Source: Solirubrobacterales bacterium (GTDB taxonomy: Bacteria > Actinomycetota > Thermoleophilia > Solirubrobacterales > 70-9). From it: 64,000 bases of DNA. Both the position numbers and the translations under genes were made by a program. The notes under the pieces are model-generated. The model was not told the origin of the DNA. It was given only the letters and a program-made list of their open reading frames with translations, and searched no databases. Within the stretch, counting starts at the first letter, position 1; each line of letters starts with the position of its first letter. Positions 39,924 through 48,839 of the stretch are shown in pieces. The DNA lies in assembly GCA_035765335.1 (NCBI GenBank), contig DASTXV010000054.1, positions 1,260 to 65,259 of the forward strand, in the 5' to 3' direction.

Positions 39924-39969
39924 TGAGTGATGGAGGCTATCGGGGCGGTCCCCGGGAAAGTCGGCCGGC

Positions 39970-40731
39970 TCAGCCCGACCTGGGGGTCCAGCGGAAGAAG
40001 CGGATCGCCAGCAGGAGGCCGGCGACGCCCCAGATTGCGACGACGGCGAGGCTGCCCCAGTCGAGGCCGGAGTCCCCGCCGGGCAGGTAGGCGGTGAAGA
40101 AGGCCTGGAAGAAGTCGCGGATCGGAAAGTGGTTGGCGAACTCGATCACCCCGCTCGGGAGCTCGTCGTCGGGGATGAAGATCCCGGAGAGGAAGTAGAG
40201 CGGCAAGAGCAGGGCGTTGACGATCGGGGCGGCGGCGTCCTGGGAGGGGATCACGGCGGTGAGGGCGATGCCGAGGCAGCTGAAGGCGGCGGCGCCGATG
40301 GCAAGCGTGACGAGGATCGCCGGCAGTTCGCTCCAGGGAATCGGGACGTCGTAGAGGACGCGGCCGAGCAGGGCGATCACGGCGAGCATCAGCAGCGCCA
40401 CCACGATCGAGTTGCCGACCCGGCCGGCGATGAAGACCCAGGCCGGCATCGGGGTGCCGCGGCCGCGCTTGAGGCGGCCGTCCTCGCGGGCGATCACCAG
40501 CGACATCGCCAGGCTCTGCATCGTCGCCGAGATCACCGCCAGGGTGATGATCGCCGGCACGTAGTAGGCGGTGATCTCGACCCCGCCGTCGACCTCGATC
40601 GTCTGGCCGTCGAAGACGGTGGCGAAGATCAGCAGCAGGACGACCGGGAAGGCGACGGTGAAGAAGACCGAGGCGGGGTTGCGCCAGAACGCCTTCTGGT
40701 CGTAGCGGAGCTGGTGGAGGACCATGTTCAT
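39970..40731 (-). CDS. ABC-2 type transporter permease
   Basis: Six TM segments. 4-nt overlap with the upstream ATPase gene. Confidence 0.8.
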   Translation of the reverse strand: MNMVLHQLRYDQKAFWRNPASVFFTVAFPVVLLLIFATVFDGQTIEVDGGVEITAYYVPAIITLAVISATMQSLAMSLVIAREDGRLKRGRGTPMPAWVFIAGRVGNSIVVALLMLAVIALLGRVLYDVPIPWSELPAILVTLAIGAAAFSCLGIALTAVIPSQDAAAPIVNALLLPLYFLSGIFIPDDELPSGVIEFANHFPIRDFFQAFFTAYLPGGDSGLDWGSLAVVAIWGVAGLLLAIRFFRWTPRSG

Positions 40732-41627
40732 GCCTGCGGGGCCTCCTCCTTGACCTTGCCGTTGCCGCGGTCGGTCAGCTCCAGGTAGACGTCCTCCAGG
40801 CTCGGCCGCTTCACTTCCAGGCCCTCCAGGGCGAAGCCCTCCGCCAGCGCTTTCCCCGTCAGCTCGTTGAGCGTCTCGACCGGTGTCGTCGTCGCCAGCG
40901 AGACCTCGCCCTGCGGGCCGCGGTAGGTGATCACGGTCGGCTGGTTGTCGCGGTCGCCGAGGTCCTCCGGGGCGCCGCGGGCGACCACCTCGCCCTCGGA
41001 GAGGATCGCCACCCGGTCGGCGAGGTACTGCGCCTCGTCCATGTAGTGCGTGGTGAGGAAGACGGTCTTGCCGAGCTCGCGCAGGCCGGCGATCGTCTCC
41101 CAGGCCTGGCGCCGCGCGCCGGGGTCGAACCCGGTCGTCGGCTCGTCGAGGAAGAGCAGCTCGGGGTCGCCGACCAGCGCCATGCCGACGTCGAGCCGGC
41201 GCTGCTGGCCGCCGGAGAGCCTGCCGGTCCGCTCGTCGGCCTTGTCGCCGAGGCCGACCAGCTCCAGCACCTCCCCGACCGGGCGTGGGCTCGCGTAGTA
41301 GCCGGCGTAGAGCTCGAGCGACTCGCGCGCGGTCAGGTAGGGGTCGAGCCGGCAGCTCTGGAGGACGATCCCGATCCGCTGCCGCCAGGCGCGCTTCGCC
41401 CGCTCCGGGTCCTCGCCCAGCACCGCCACCTCTCCCCCGCTGCGCTTGCGGTAGCCCTCGAGGATCTCCACGGTCGTGGTCTTCCCAGCTCCGTTAGGAC
41501 CCAGGAACGCGAATATCTCCCCGCGGTTCACCTCGAGGTCGATGCCGCGAACGGCCTCCGTCTCGCCGTAGCTCTTGCGGAGGCCCTTGATGGAGATGAC
41601 TGACTCAGCCAAGTAACAGCGATTCAA
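40728..41627 (-). CDS. ABC transporter ATP-binding protein (DrrA/CcmA-like exporter type)
   Basis: Walker A GPNGAGKTT, signature LSGGQQRR and Walker B LLFLDEP. The TTG start overlaps the rapZ stop. Confidence 0.9.
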   Translation of the reverse strand: MNRCYLAESVISIKGLRKSYGETEAVRGIDLEVNRGEIFAFLGPNGAGKTTTVEILEGYRKRSGGEVAVLGEDPERAKRAWRQRIGIVLQSCRLDPYLTARESLELYAGYYASPRPVGEVLELVGLGDKADERTGRLSGGQQRRLDVGMALVGDPELLFLDEPTTGFDPGARRQAWETIAGLRELGKTVFLTTHYMDEAQYLADRVAILSEGEVVARGAPEDLGDRDNQPTVITYRGPQGEVSLATTTPVETLNELTGKALAEGFALEGLEVKRPSLEDVYLELTDRGNGKVKEEAPQA

Positions 41628-42496
41628 CCAAGCTCGACGTCTCGGTGCTTCACCCGGACGATCACGTCCTCGCGCGAGGCGAGGTCGCGGCGGATCCGGT
41701 CGGCGACGGTGATCGAGCGGTGGCGGCCCCCCGTGCAGCCGATCGCGATCGTCAGGTGGCTCTTGCCCTCGGCCACGTAGGCGGGGACGAGGAACTCGAG
41801 CAGCGGCAGCAGGCGGCCGTAGAACTCGCCCGCCTGGGTGCCGGACTCGACGTAGTCGCGGACCTCCTGGTCGAGGCCGGTCATCGGCCGCAGCGCGTCG
41901 TCGTAGTAAGGGTTGGGCAGGAAGCGGACGTCGAGGGTGAGGTCGGCGTCGCGCGGCGGCCCGTTCTTGAAGCCGAAGGTGAGCAGGGTGAGGGCTAGCT
42001 TTCCTCCCCCCTCCTGGCCCAGCAGCTCCTCGGCGATCTGGCGCCGCAGTTCGCCCCCGGTCAGGTCGCTGGTGTCGATCACCTTGTCGGCGCGCTCGCG
42101 CAGCGGCGCCAGCAGCTCGCGCTCGGCCCGGATCCCCTCGACGATCCGGCCCTCCGGCGCCAGCGGGTGGCGGCGGCGGGTCTCCTTGTAGCGGTCGAGC
42201 AGGGTCTCCTCGTCGGCCTCGAGGAAGAGGACCATCGGTCTCAGGCCTTCGGTCTCGAGGTCGTCGAGCACGTGCAGCAGGTCGTCGAAGTACTCGCCGC
42301 CGCGCACGTCGGAGACGACCGCGGCGCGCTCGACCCCGCTGCCCTCGTGGCGGAAGAGCTCGCCGAGGCCGGCGATCATCCGCGGCGGCAGGTTGTCGAC
42401 GCAGAAGTAGCCGCCGTCCTCGAAGGCCGCGATCGCCGCCGACTTCCCCGCTCCCGAGTGGCCGGTGATGACCACCAGCGTCACCTGCTTTGCCAT
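41624..42496 (-). CDS. rapZ: RNase adapter protein RapZ (YvcJ family)
   Basis: VITGHSGAGKS, FCVDNLPP and IGCTGGRHRS motifs. Confidence 0.9.
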   Translation of the reverse strand: MAKQVTLVVITGHSGAGKSAAIAAFEDGGYFCVDNLPPRMIAGLGELFRHEGSGVERAAVVSDVRGGEYFDDLLHVLDDLETEGLRPMVLFLEADEETLLDRYKETRRRHPLAPEGRIVEGIRAERELLAPLRERADKVIDTSDLTGGELRRQIAEELLGQEGGGKLALTLLTFGFKNGPPRDADLTLDVRFLPNPYYDDALRPMTGLDQEVRDYVESGTQAGEFYGRLLPLLEFLVPAYVAEGKSHLTIAIGCTGGRHRSITVADRIRRDLASREDVIVRVKHRDVELG

Positions 42497-42503
42497 CCGC
42501 TCC

Positions 42504-44408
42504 TCAGCTAGTCCGGTTGAGCTGCTCGTGTATCTCGCGGCCTACTTTGCCAGGCAGGCCGGGCACCGCCTCGAGCTCCTCGCGGGTGGCGGCGAGAAAC
42601 CGCTCAGGCGTGCCGAAGTGTTGCAGCAGCGCCCGCTTCCGCGCCGGGCCGACGCCGGGGAGGCTGTCGAGCACCGACCCCGCCAGCATGCCGCGGTCGC
42701 GGCGGCCGCGGTGGTGGTCGATCGCGAACCGGTGCGCCTCGTCGCGGACCCGCTGCAGGAGGCGCGAGGCCTCCGAGTCGGCGGCGAGGTCGAGCGGCTC
42801 GGAGCGGCCGGGGACGTAGACCTCCTCCAGCCGCTTGGCGAGGCTGACGACGGTGACGCCGCGCTCGGTGAACGGCTGCAGCGCCCGCACCCCCGCCGCC
42901 AGCTGCCCTTTGCCGCCGTCGATCAGGATCAGCGAGGGGAGCGAGGCGAAGCTGGCGTCGCGCTTGCCGTCGTGCGGGGAGAGGTCGGCTTGGTCGAGGT
43001 AGCGCGCCATCCGCCGCGAGAGCACCTCCTCCATCGAGGCGAAGTCGTCGGGGCCGCCGTTGCCGACCCCGTCGGCGCGGAGGTCGCCGCGGACCTTGAA
43101 GCGGCGGTAGTCGGACTTCTTCGGCGCCCCGCCCTCGAAGACGACCATCGAGGCGACGGTGTGCTCGCCGCCGATCGTCGAGATGTCGAAGCCCTCGATC
43201 CGCACCGGCAGCTCCTCCATCCCTAGCGCCCGGCCCAGCGCCGCCAGGCTCTCGACCCGCTGCGAGCGGCGGTGCTCGCGCCGCAGCCGGTCCTGGTCGA
43301 GGGCGAGCTGGGCGTTGCGCTCGGCCAGCTCGCGCAACCGCCGTTTGTCGCCGCGCTCGGCGGCGCGCACCTCGACCGGGGCGCCGCGGCGCTCGCTCAG
43401 CGCCTCGGCCAGGACCTCGGCCCGGTCGCGCAGGTAGGGACCGACGATGATCGTCCGCGGCATCGAGGGCGAGGCGGCGTAGTACTGGGAGATGAACTCC
43501 TCGGCGACCTCGGCCGGCTCGCGTTCGCCCTGGTTTTCGAGGTAGAAGCTCTGGCGCTCGGCGAGGATCCCGTCGCGGACCTGGAAGACCTGGGCGTTGG
43601 CGTCGGCGCCCTCGACCGCGACCCCGATCAGGTCCGCGGTCCCGACCGTGCCGCCCGCCACCCGCTGGCGCTCGAACAGCGAGCGGATCGCTTTCAGCCG
43701 GTCGCGGTGGATCGCCGCCCGCTCGAATTCCTGCCCTGAGGCCGCCGCCTTCATCTTCTCCTCCTCCTCGCGCTCGACCTGCCGGTAGCGGCCGGAGAGG
43801 AAGTCGACGATCGCCTCGATGTTGCGGCGGTACTCCTCCTGGGAGATGTACTCGACGCAGGGCGCCCCGCAGCGCTTGATGTAGTAATCGAGGCAGGGGC
43901 TGCCGGAGCGGCGGCCCGGCTCCTTGCCCTCGCAGGTGCGGAACTGGAACAGCTTGCCGAGCAGGTCGAGCGTCTCCCGCACCCGCTTGGCGCTGGAGAA
44001 GGGGCCGAAGTAGGCGCGGCCGGAACGGTGCTTCTCGCGGGTGAAGTAGACGCGCGGGTACTCCTCGTCGAGGCTGACCGCGACGTAGGGGTAGGACTTG
44101 TCGTCGCGGAGGCGGATGTTGAAGCGCGGCCGGTGGCGCTTGACGAAGCTCTGCTCGGTCAGCAGCGCCTCCGCCTCGTTGGCGGTGACCAGCGACTCGA
44201 TGCGGTCGATGCGCGAGGTGAGGCGGGTGTTGCCGCCGGAGAAGTGGGAGGAGATGCGCTTGCGGATCGAGCGCGCCTTGCCGACGTAGAGCAGCTCCCC
44301 CTCGCGGTCGTAGAAGAGGTAGACGCCGGGCTGGTCGGGCAGCGACTTGCGCTGCTGGGCGATCCGCTCGGCGCGGCTGAGAGCGCCGTTGTCCCTGCCT
44401 TTTGCCAT
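42504..44408 (-). CDS. uvrC: excinuclease ABC subunit C
   Basis: GIY-YIG N-terminus (GVYLFYD...LYVGKA), UvrBC domain and C-terminal (HhH)2. Confidence 0.95.
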   Translation of the reverse strand: MAKGRDNGALSRAERIAQQRKSLPDQPGVYLFYDREGELLYVGKARSIRKRISSHFSGGNTRLTSRIDRIESLVTANEAEALLTEQSFVKRHRPRFNIRLRDDKSYPYVAVSLDEEYPRVYFTREKHRSGRAYFGPFSSAKRVRETLDLLGKLFQFRTCEGKEPGRRSGSPCLDYYIKRCGAPCVEYISQEEYRRNIEAIVDFLSGRYRQVEREEEEKMKAAASGQEFERAAIHRDRLKAIRSLFERQRVAGGTVGTADLIGVAVEGADANAQVFQVRDGILAERQSFYLENQGEREPAEVAEEFISQYYAASPSMPRTIIVGPYLRDRAEVLAEALSERRGAPVEVRAAERGDKRRLRELAERNAQLALDQDRLRREHRRSQRVESLAALGRALGMEELPVRIEGFDISTIGGEHTVASMVVFEGGAPKKSDYRRFKVRGDLRADGVGNGGPDDFASMEEVLSRRMARYLDQADLSPHDGKRDASFASLPSLILIDGGKGQLAAGVRALQPFTERGVTVVSLAKRLEEVYVPGRSEPLDLAADSEASRLLQRVRDEAHRFAIDHHRGRRDRGMLAGSVLDSLPGVGPARKRALLQHFGTPERFLAATREELEAVPGLPGKVGREIHEQLNRTS

Positions 44409-44471
44409 CGATCTAAGAGTAGGCTGCTGGCCACTCGGCCAAACCCCGACGCGAATGAGGAGAGCACACGA

Positions 44472-45293
44472 ATGAGCGAGACCATCGACCCGCCGCAGTT
44501 GAACACGATGCGGATCGAGATCGACGGGGAGATCGGCACCCTCACCCTCGACCGCCCCGACGCCTTCAACGCGATGAGCCCGGAGATGATCGGCGAGATG
44601 ACCGTCGCCTTCGGCTGGCTCGCCGACCGGGCGCCGCTGCGGGGGTTGATCGTCACCGGCGCCGGCAAGGCCTTCTGCGCCGGCGGCGACGTCACCTGGT
44701 TTCGCAAAGGGGTCGAGTCGGGGGAGATCGACCTACCCTCCGACGTGCGGCGCGGGGCCGAGGTCCTGCACCAGGCGATCGTCGACCTGCGGCGGATCCC
44801 CTACCCGGTGATCTGCGCCGTCAACGGGCCGGCGGCCGGGGCCGGCTTCTCGCTGGCGCTCGCCTGCGACATCCGGATCGCCGCCAACACCGCCTTCTTC
44901 GCCCCCGCCTACGGGCGGATCGGCGCCTCGCCCGACGGCGGCATGACCTACTTCCTGCCGCGCGTGGTCGGGCCGAGCAAGGCGCTGGAACTGCTGCTCG
45001 AGGACCCGAACCTGAGCGCCGAGGAGGCGCAGGAGCTGGGCCTGGTGAGCGAGGTGGTCGGCGCCGAGGAGCTGATGGCCCGCGCCCAGGTGAAGGCCGG
45101 CGAGCTGGCCAAGAAGGCGCCCCACTACGTGCGAATGGCGAAGCTGCTGTGCGGGGTCAGCATCGAGAACAGCATCCACGACCACCTGCAGCTGGAGCGA
45201 CACGGGATCGCCGACTCGATGGCGACTGAAGACCTCCGCAACGGCGTCGAGACCTTCTTCAGCGGCGGCACCCCGGAGTTCCACGGGCGTTGA
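44472..45293 (+). CDS. enoyl-CoA hydratase/isomerase family protein
   Basis: 273 aa from ATG at 44472. Crotonase blocks LDRPDAFNAM, GAGKAFCAGGD and AVNGPAAGAG. The track ORF's N-terminal extension is antisense to uvrC. Confidence 0.9.
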   Translation: MSETIDPPQLNTMRIEIDGEIGTLTLDRPDAFNAMSPEMIGEMTVAFGWLADRAPLRGLIVTGAGKAFCAGGDVTWFRKGVESGEIDLPSDVRRGAEVLHQAIVDLRRIPYPVICAVNGPAAGAGFSLALACDIRIAANTAFFAPAYGRIGASPDGGMTYFLPRVVGPSKALELLLEDPNLSAEEAQELGLVSEVVGAEELMARAQVKAGELAKKAPHYVRMAKLLCGVSIENSIHDHLQLERHGIADSMATEDLRNGVETFFSGGTPEFHGR

Positions 45294-45363
45294 ACCGGGT
45301 AGCGGCCGGGTACGTATCGCGGCTAGATTCGACCAGACAAGTCCTTCGCGGGAAAGGAATCAG

Positions 45364-45810
45364 ATGAAGAAATACGCAGCCCTGTTCGCCCTCCTCCTGG
45401 CGGCCCTTGCCTTGGTCGCCTGCGGCGGCGGTGACGACACCACCAGCGAGACGACGAGCGAAGCCCCGCCGGCGCAGGAAAACGGCGGCGAAAAAGAAGC
45501 CGAAGGCGGCAGCGAAGGCTCCGGCGCAGCCTTCGACGTCGAAGCCGACCCCAGCGGCGGCCTCGCCTACACCACCGAGGAAGCCACCACCAGCCCCGGC
45601 AACGTGACCGTCAACTTCACCAACTCCTCCCCGGTCCCGCATGACGTCCGGATCGAAGACGCCGGCGGCGAAGACATCGGCGGGACCGAAGTCATCTCCG
45701 AAAGCACCGAATCGACCAAAGTCGACCTGAAACCAGGCGAATACACCTTCTTCTGCTCCGTCCCGGGCCACCGCCAGGGCGGCATGGAAGGCACCCTGAC
45801 GGTCGGATAG
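45364..45810 (+). CDS. cupredoxin (plastocyanin/azurin-like) lipoprotein
   Basis: Lipobox LVACGG. Type-1 Cu ligands H...C-x2-PGH-x4-M (FFCSVPGHRQGGM). Confidence 0.8.
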   Translation: MKKYAALFALLLAALALVACGGGDDTTSETTSEAPPAQENGGEKEAEGGSEGSGAAFDVEADPSGGLAYTTEEATTSPGNVTVNFTNSSPVPHDVRIEDAGGEDIGGTEVISESTESTKVDLKPGEYTFFCSVPGHRQGGMEGTLTVG

Positions 45811-45820
45811 GGCCCGATCG

Positions 45821-46249
45821 ATGAGCCGCTGGGAGACGACGAGCACCCATGAGGGTGCCGTCTCTCCCGCGGCCATCTGGGAGAAGGCCTACGCCGACGC
45901 GGCGGCCTGGCCGCGCTGGAACGACGAGCTGAAGAGCGCGGAACTCGACGGCCCGCTGAGACTGGGAGCCCCCGCGAAGATCGTCTTCAAGACCGGCCTG
46001 CGCCTGCGGTTCAAGGTCGTCGAGTTCGAAGACGGCCGCCTTTTCACCGACGAGGCGCGGCTGCCCGGAGCCCGCATGGGCCACCGACACTTGGTCGAGC
46101 CCACGGCGAGCGGCGGCAGCCGCCTCACCAACACGATCTATATCGAGGGCCCCCTTGCCCCGCTCTGGCGTCGGTTGATGGGACCGCGGGCCGCGAAGGC
46201 GCTGCCCGCGGTCCAGTGTGCGGTGATCGAGCTGATTAAAACCGGCTAA
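45821..46249 (+). CDS. SRPBCC (polyketide cyclase/START-like) family protein
   Basis: Size and N-terminal pattern SPAAIWEKAYADAAAWPRWN. Confidence 0.6.
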   Translation: MSRWETTSTHEGAVSPAAIWEKAYADAAAWPRWNDELKSAELDGPLRLGAPAKIVFKTGLRLRFKVVEFEDGRLFTDEARLPGARMGHRHLVEPTASGGSRLTNTIYIEGPLAPLWRRLMGPRAAKALPAVQCAVIELIKTG

Positions 46250-46270
46250 CGGAGAGGAGGCCCCTCATCC

Positions 46271-47749
46271 TCACGGCCAGGGTTCCGCTTCGACCGGTCC
46301 GCCTTCGCTCGTGATGGCGAATTCACCCGACACCGCCTCGGTCCCAGGGCAGAAGACGGCGTGCCCGCTGAGCTTTTCCATTTTCCCGGTGAGCGTGGGT
46401 TCGAGCGACGCGCCCGCTTCGACGATGTCGGAGATGTTCAGGTTGTATTCGCATTCCGCCAATTTGAGGCCGCCCGTGTAAACCGTGCCGATCAAACGGA
46501 ATTCGGAGGTGGTTTGCACGACGATTTCCCCTGCGGCGTTTGACTGGTATTCGAAGGCGGCTTCTTCGAATTTCTGAATCGCTCTTTTGTATTTGACATT
46601 CAATTCGCCAAACGCGCAGCCGGTTGCTCCACTCTGCAATTTGGCCGTTGTCGCGTTTTGCAGAGCACCCGGATTTTCTTCCACCTCGCCGTTGAATTCC
46701 GCTTCGGTGCAGGGCCGGCCGCCGATGGTCAGGTTGGAGCTGACCGCTTTCATCGGGGCGCTTTCCGCCGCGCTCAGTTCCGCCATCCCCAGCGTGGTGA
46801 ACGTGCTATCGCTGCTGACAACTGTCCCGTCTGAGTTTTCGGCGACGAGACGGTAGTGGTAGAGGGTGTCAGGTGCTAGGCCGACGGTCTCGGAAACGGA
46901 GGCGCTGAGCGTTTCGCCGCTTATTTCTTTCGTCGCCGTTTTTGAGCCATATGACGTGGTTTTGCCGTACTCGAAGAAGTATTTCGTGGCGAGTTCGTGC
47001 GGTTCGACAGTGCCCGAGAGGGTCGCCTTGAACCGCCTGATGTCGGACGCCGGCTGAATCGTCACCCCGGGGACATTCGAGCTCCAGAAGGAGAGCTCGT
47101 TCCCGTCGGCTTCTCCGCTCGAGTTACTGGCGGTGATCCGCCAGTAATATTTCGTCCCTGGTTTCAGCCCGGTGAGTGTGTAGGAGACCATTTTGACGGT
47201 GTAGCCGTTACCCGCCGATTCGCCGGGGATCGGCGCTATCGCCGTATAGGTACCCGGCTGGGTGCCGTATTCGAACTGGTAGGTGGTTTCCAATCCATAG
47301 GGAAGCACCCACGCTTTGAGCGTCGCCCCTTCTCCCGACGCGTGGGGTTCGGAACTCGTGCTGAGCACTTCGGGCGCGCCCACCGTCGTGAAAGCCTGAT
47401 CCGCTCCGAAGCTCGTGCCGGAAGAGTTGGTGGCCACGATCCGATAGTGGTAGGTGGTCCTGTCTTTCAGGCCGCTGATCGGCTGATTTTTTTCCAGCGT
47501 GCTGCTTCCCGAGCCGACGTTGACTTCGGTGGTTTTGGTCCCGTAGCTCGTCGTCGTCCCGTACTCGAAATACATTTTCGTTTCTCCGCCGTTCGGGTTG
47601 ACTTTGCCGTTCAGGGTCGCCCCGGTTTCCCCGATGGAGGAGGCCGGCAGAGTTTCCACCGAAGGGGAAAGCGCCAAGGCCGGCGCAGCGGCGATCCCCG
47701 CTGCGATCACGACGACCAACGACAACAGACCGGCTCGAATCCCCTTCAT
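46271..47749 (-). CDS. secreted protein with three FN3-like repeats and a unique Cys-containing C-terminal domain
   Basis: Signal peptide. Three ~95-aa repeats (ATLNGKVNPNG..T.Y.FEYG.TTSYG...Y.YR.VA.NS.G). 170-aa C-terminal domain with 4 Cys. Clearly lower GC by eye. Confidence 0.75.
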   Translation of the reverse strand: MKGIRAGLLSLVVVIAAGIAAAPALALSPSVETLPASSIGETGATLNGKVNPNGGETKMYFEYGTTTSYGTKTTEVNVGSGSSTLEKNQPISGLKDRTTYHYRIVATNSSGTSFGADQAFTTVGAPEVLSTSSEPHASGEGATLKAWVLPYGLETTYQFEYGTQPGTYTAIAPIPGESAGNGYTVKMVSYTLTGLKPGTKYYWRITASNSSGEADGNELSFWSSNVPGVTIQPASDIRRFKATLSGTVEPHELATKYFFEYGKTTSYGSKTATKEISGETLSASVSETVGLAPDTLYHYRLVAENSDGTVVSSDSTFTTLGMAELSAAESAPMKAVSSNLTIGGRPCTEAEFNGEVEENPGALQNATTAKLQSGATGCAFGELNVKYKRAIQKFEEAAFEYQSNAAGEIVVQTTSEFRLIGTVYTGGLKLAECEYNLNISDIVEAGASLEPTLTGKMEKLSGHAVFCPGTEAVSGEFAITSEGGPVEAEPWP

Positions 47750-47895
47750 GGCATGGCTCCCCTGCTCCCTGTCGCGAGCCCGCCGCCCGCAACTGATTAG
47801 AGAATCTTAAGTATTTAGGGATTCTCGTGCCGAGCCGAGCGCCCGCGCGTCGGCGGACCCCGACGGGGAGCGTTCTCGAACGGCGCCGCGGGTAC

Positions 47896-48366
47896 TCAGG
47901 CGGCCGCCATCACCCGCGTCACCGAGTCGCCCACGAAGCAGGGCTTCTCGCCGCCCTCGACCTCGAGGGTGAAGCGGGTGACGACCTCGTACCAGCCGTT
48001 GCCCTTCTCCTCGACCGAGACGACCTCGGCTTTGGCGCGGATGCGGGAGTCGACGGGGACGGGGGCGGGGAAGCGGATCTTGTTCCAGCCGTAGTTGACG
48101 CCGAGGGCGAAGCCGGTGGAGGAGATCAGCTCGGTGCGGAAGCCGTCAACGGTGGCGAGAGTGAGGTTGCCGTGGGCGATCGTGGTCCCGTAGGGGCTCT
48201 CGCTCTTGGCCCGCTCGACGTCGACGTGGATCCACTGGTGGTCGCCGGAGAGCTCGGCGAAGGCGTCGATGTCCGCCTGGGTGATCGCGCGCCACTCGCT
48301 GGGACCGACCTCCTGGCCGACCAGCGCCTGCATCCCCTCGACTCCCTGTACCTCCGTGGGTGACAT
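47896..48366 (-). CDS. MaoC-like (R)-hydratase hot-dog fold protein
   Basis: 156 aa from ATG at 48366. DIDAFAELSGDHQWIHVD...IAHG motif. Confidence 0.85.
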   Translation of the reverse strand: MSPTEVQGVEGMQALVGQEVGPSEWRAITQADIDAFAELSGDHQWIHVDVERAKSESPYGTTIAHGNLTLATVDGFRTELISSTGFALGVNYGWNKIRFPAPVPVDSRIRAKAEVVSVEEKGNGWYEVVTRFTLEVEGGEKPCFVGDSVTRVMAAA

Positions 48367-48391
48367 CGGCCGGCAGTCTATCCGCGGTCGC

Positions 48392-48781
48392 TCAGTCGCT
48401 CCACCAGCCGGGCTTGATCTCGCCGTCGCCTTCGCGGCTGGGACCGAAGACGAGCACCTCGAGACCCTCGTCGCCGGCCTCGAAGGCGCGCGTGACCTGG
48501 GGCGAGACGCGGATCGCGTCGAGCGTCTCCACCTCGATGATCTCGTCGTCGAGTTTGAACAGACCATCGCCGCGGACGATCACGTAGACCTCCTCGGCCT
48601 CCTCGTGCTGGTGGCCGAACGGCTGCCGCTTGTTCGGCTTCAGGCGGTGGAAGCTGAAGCCGGTGTCCTCGGCATCGAGGTCGTCCTTGGCGAACCGGGC
48701 CTCCATCGCGTCGCCGTGGCCGAAGTCCGCCGCCGAGTCCTTGACCTCGGTCAGTTTCTTATGGGTGAAGGGGTTGCGCAT
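48392..48781 (-). CDS. cupin domain protein
   Basis: 129 aa from ATG at 48781. GHQHEEAEEVYVIVRG cupin motif 1. Confidence 0.75.
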   Translation of the reverse strand: MRNPFTHKKLTEVKDSAADFGHGDAMEARFAKDDLDAEDTGFSFHRLKPNKRQPFGHQHEEAEEVYVIVRGDGLFKLDDEIIEVETLDAIRVSPQVTRAFEAGDEGLEVLVFGPSREGDGEIKPGWWSD

Positions 48782-48839
48782 CTGATCCTCCCGTCGCTGA
48801 CGTCGGGAAGAGGCTACCCGTGCGCAGTAGCCTTGACGC

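Noticed and set aside
44028-44471. N-terminal 148-aa extension of the enoyl-CoA hydratase ORF
   Set aside because: It is antisense to the uvrC 5' region with low-complexity composition. Crotonase-like sequence starts at ATG 44472.
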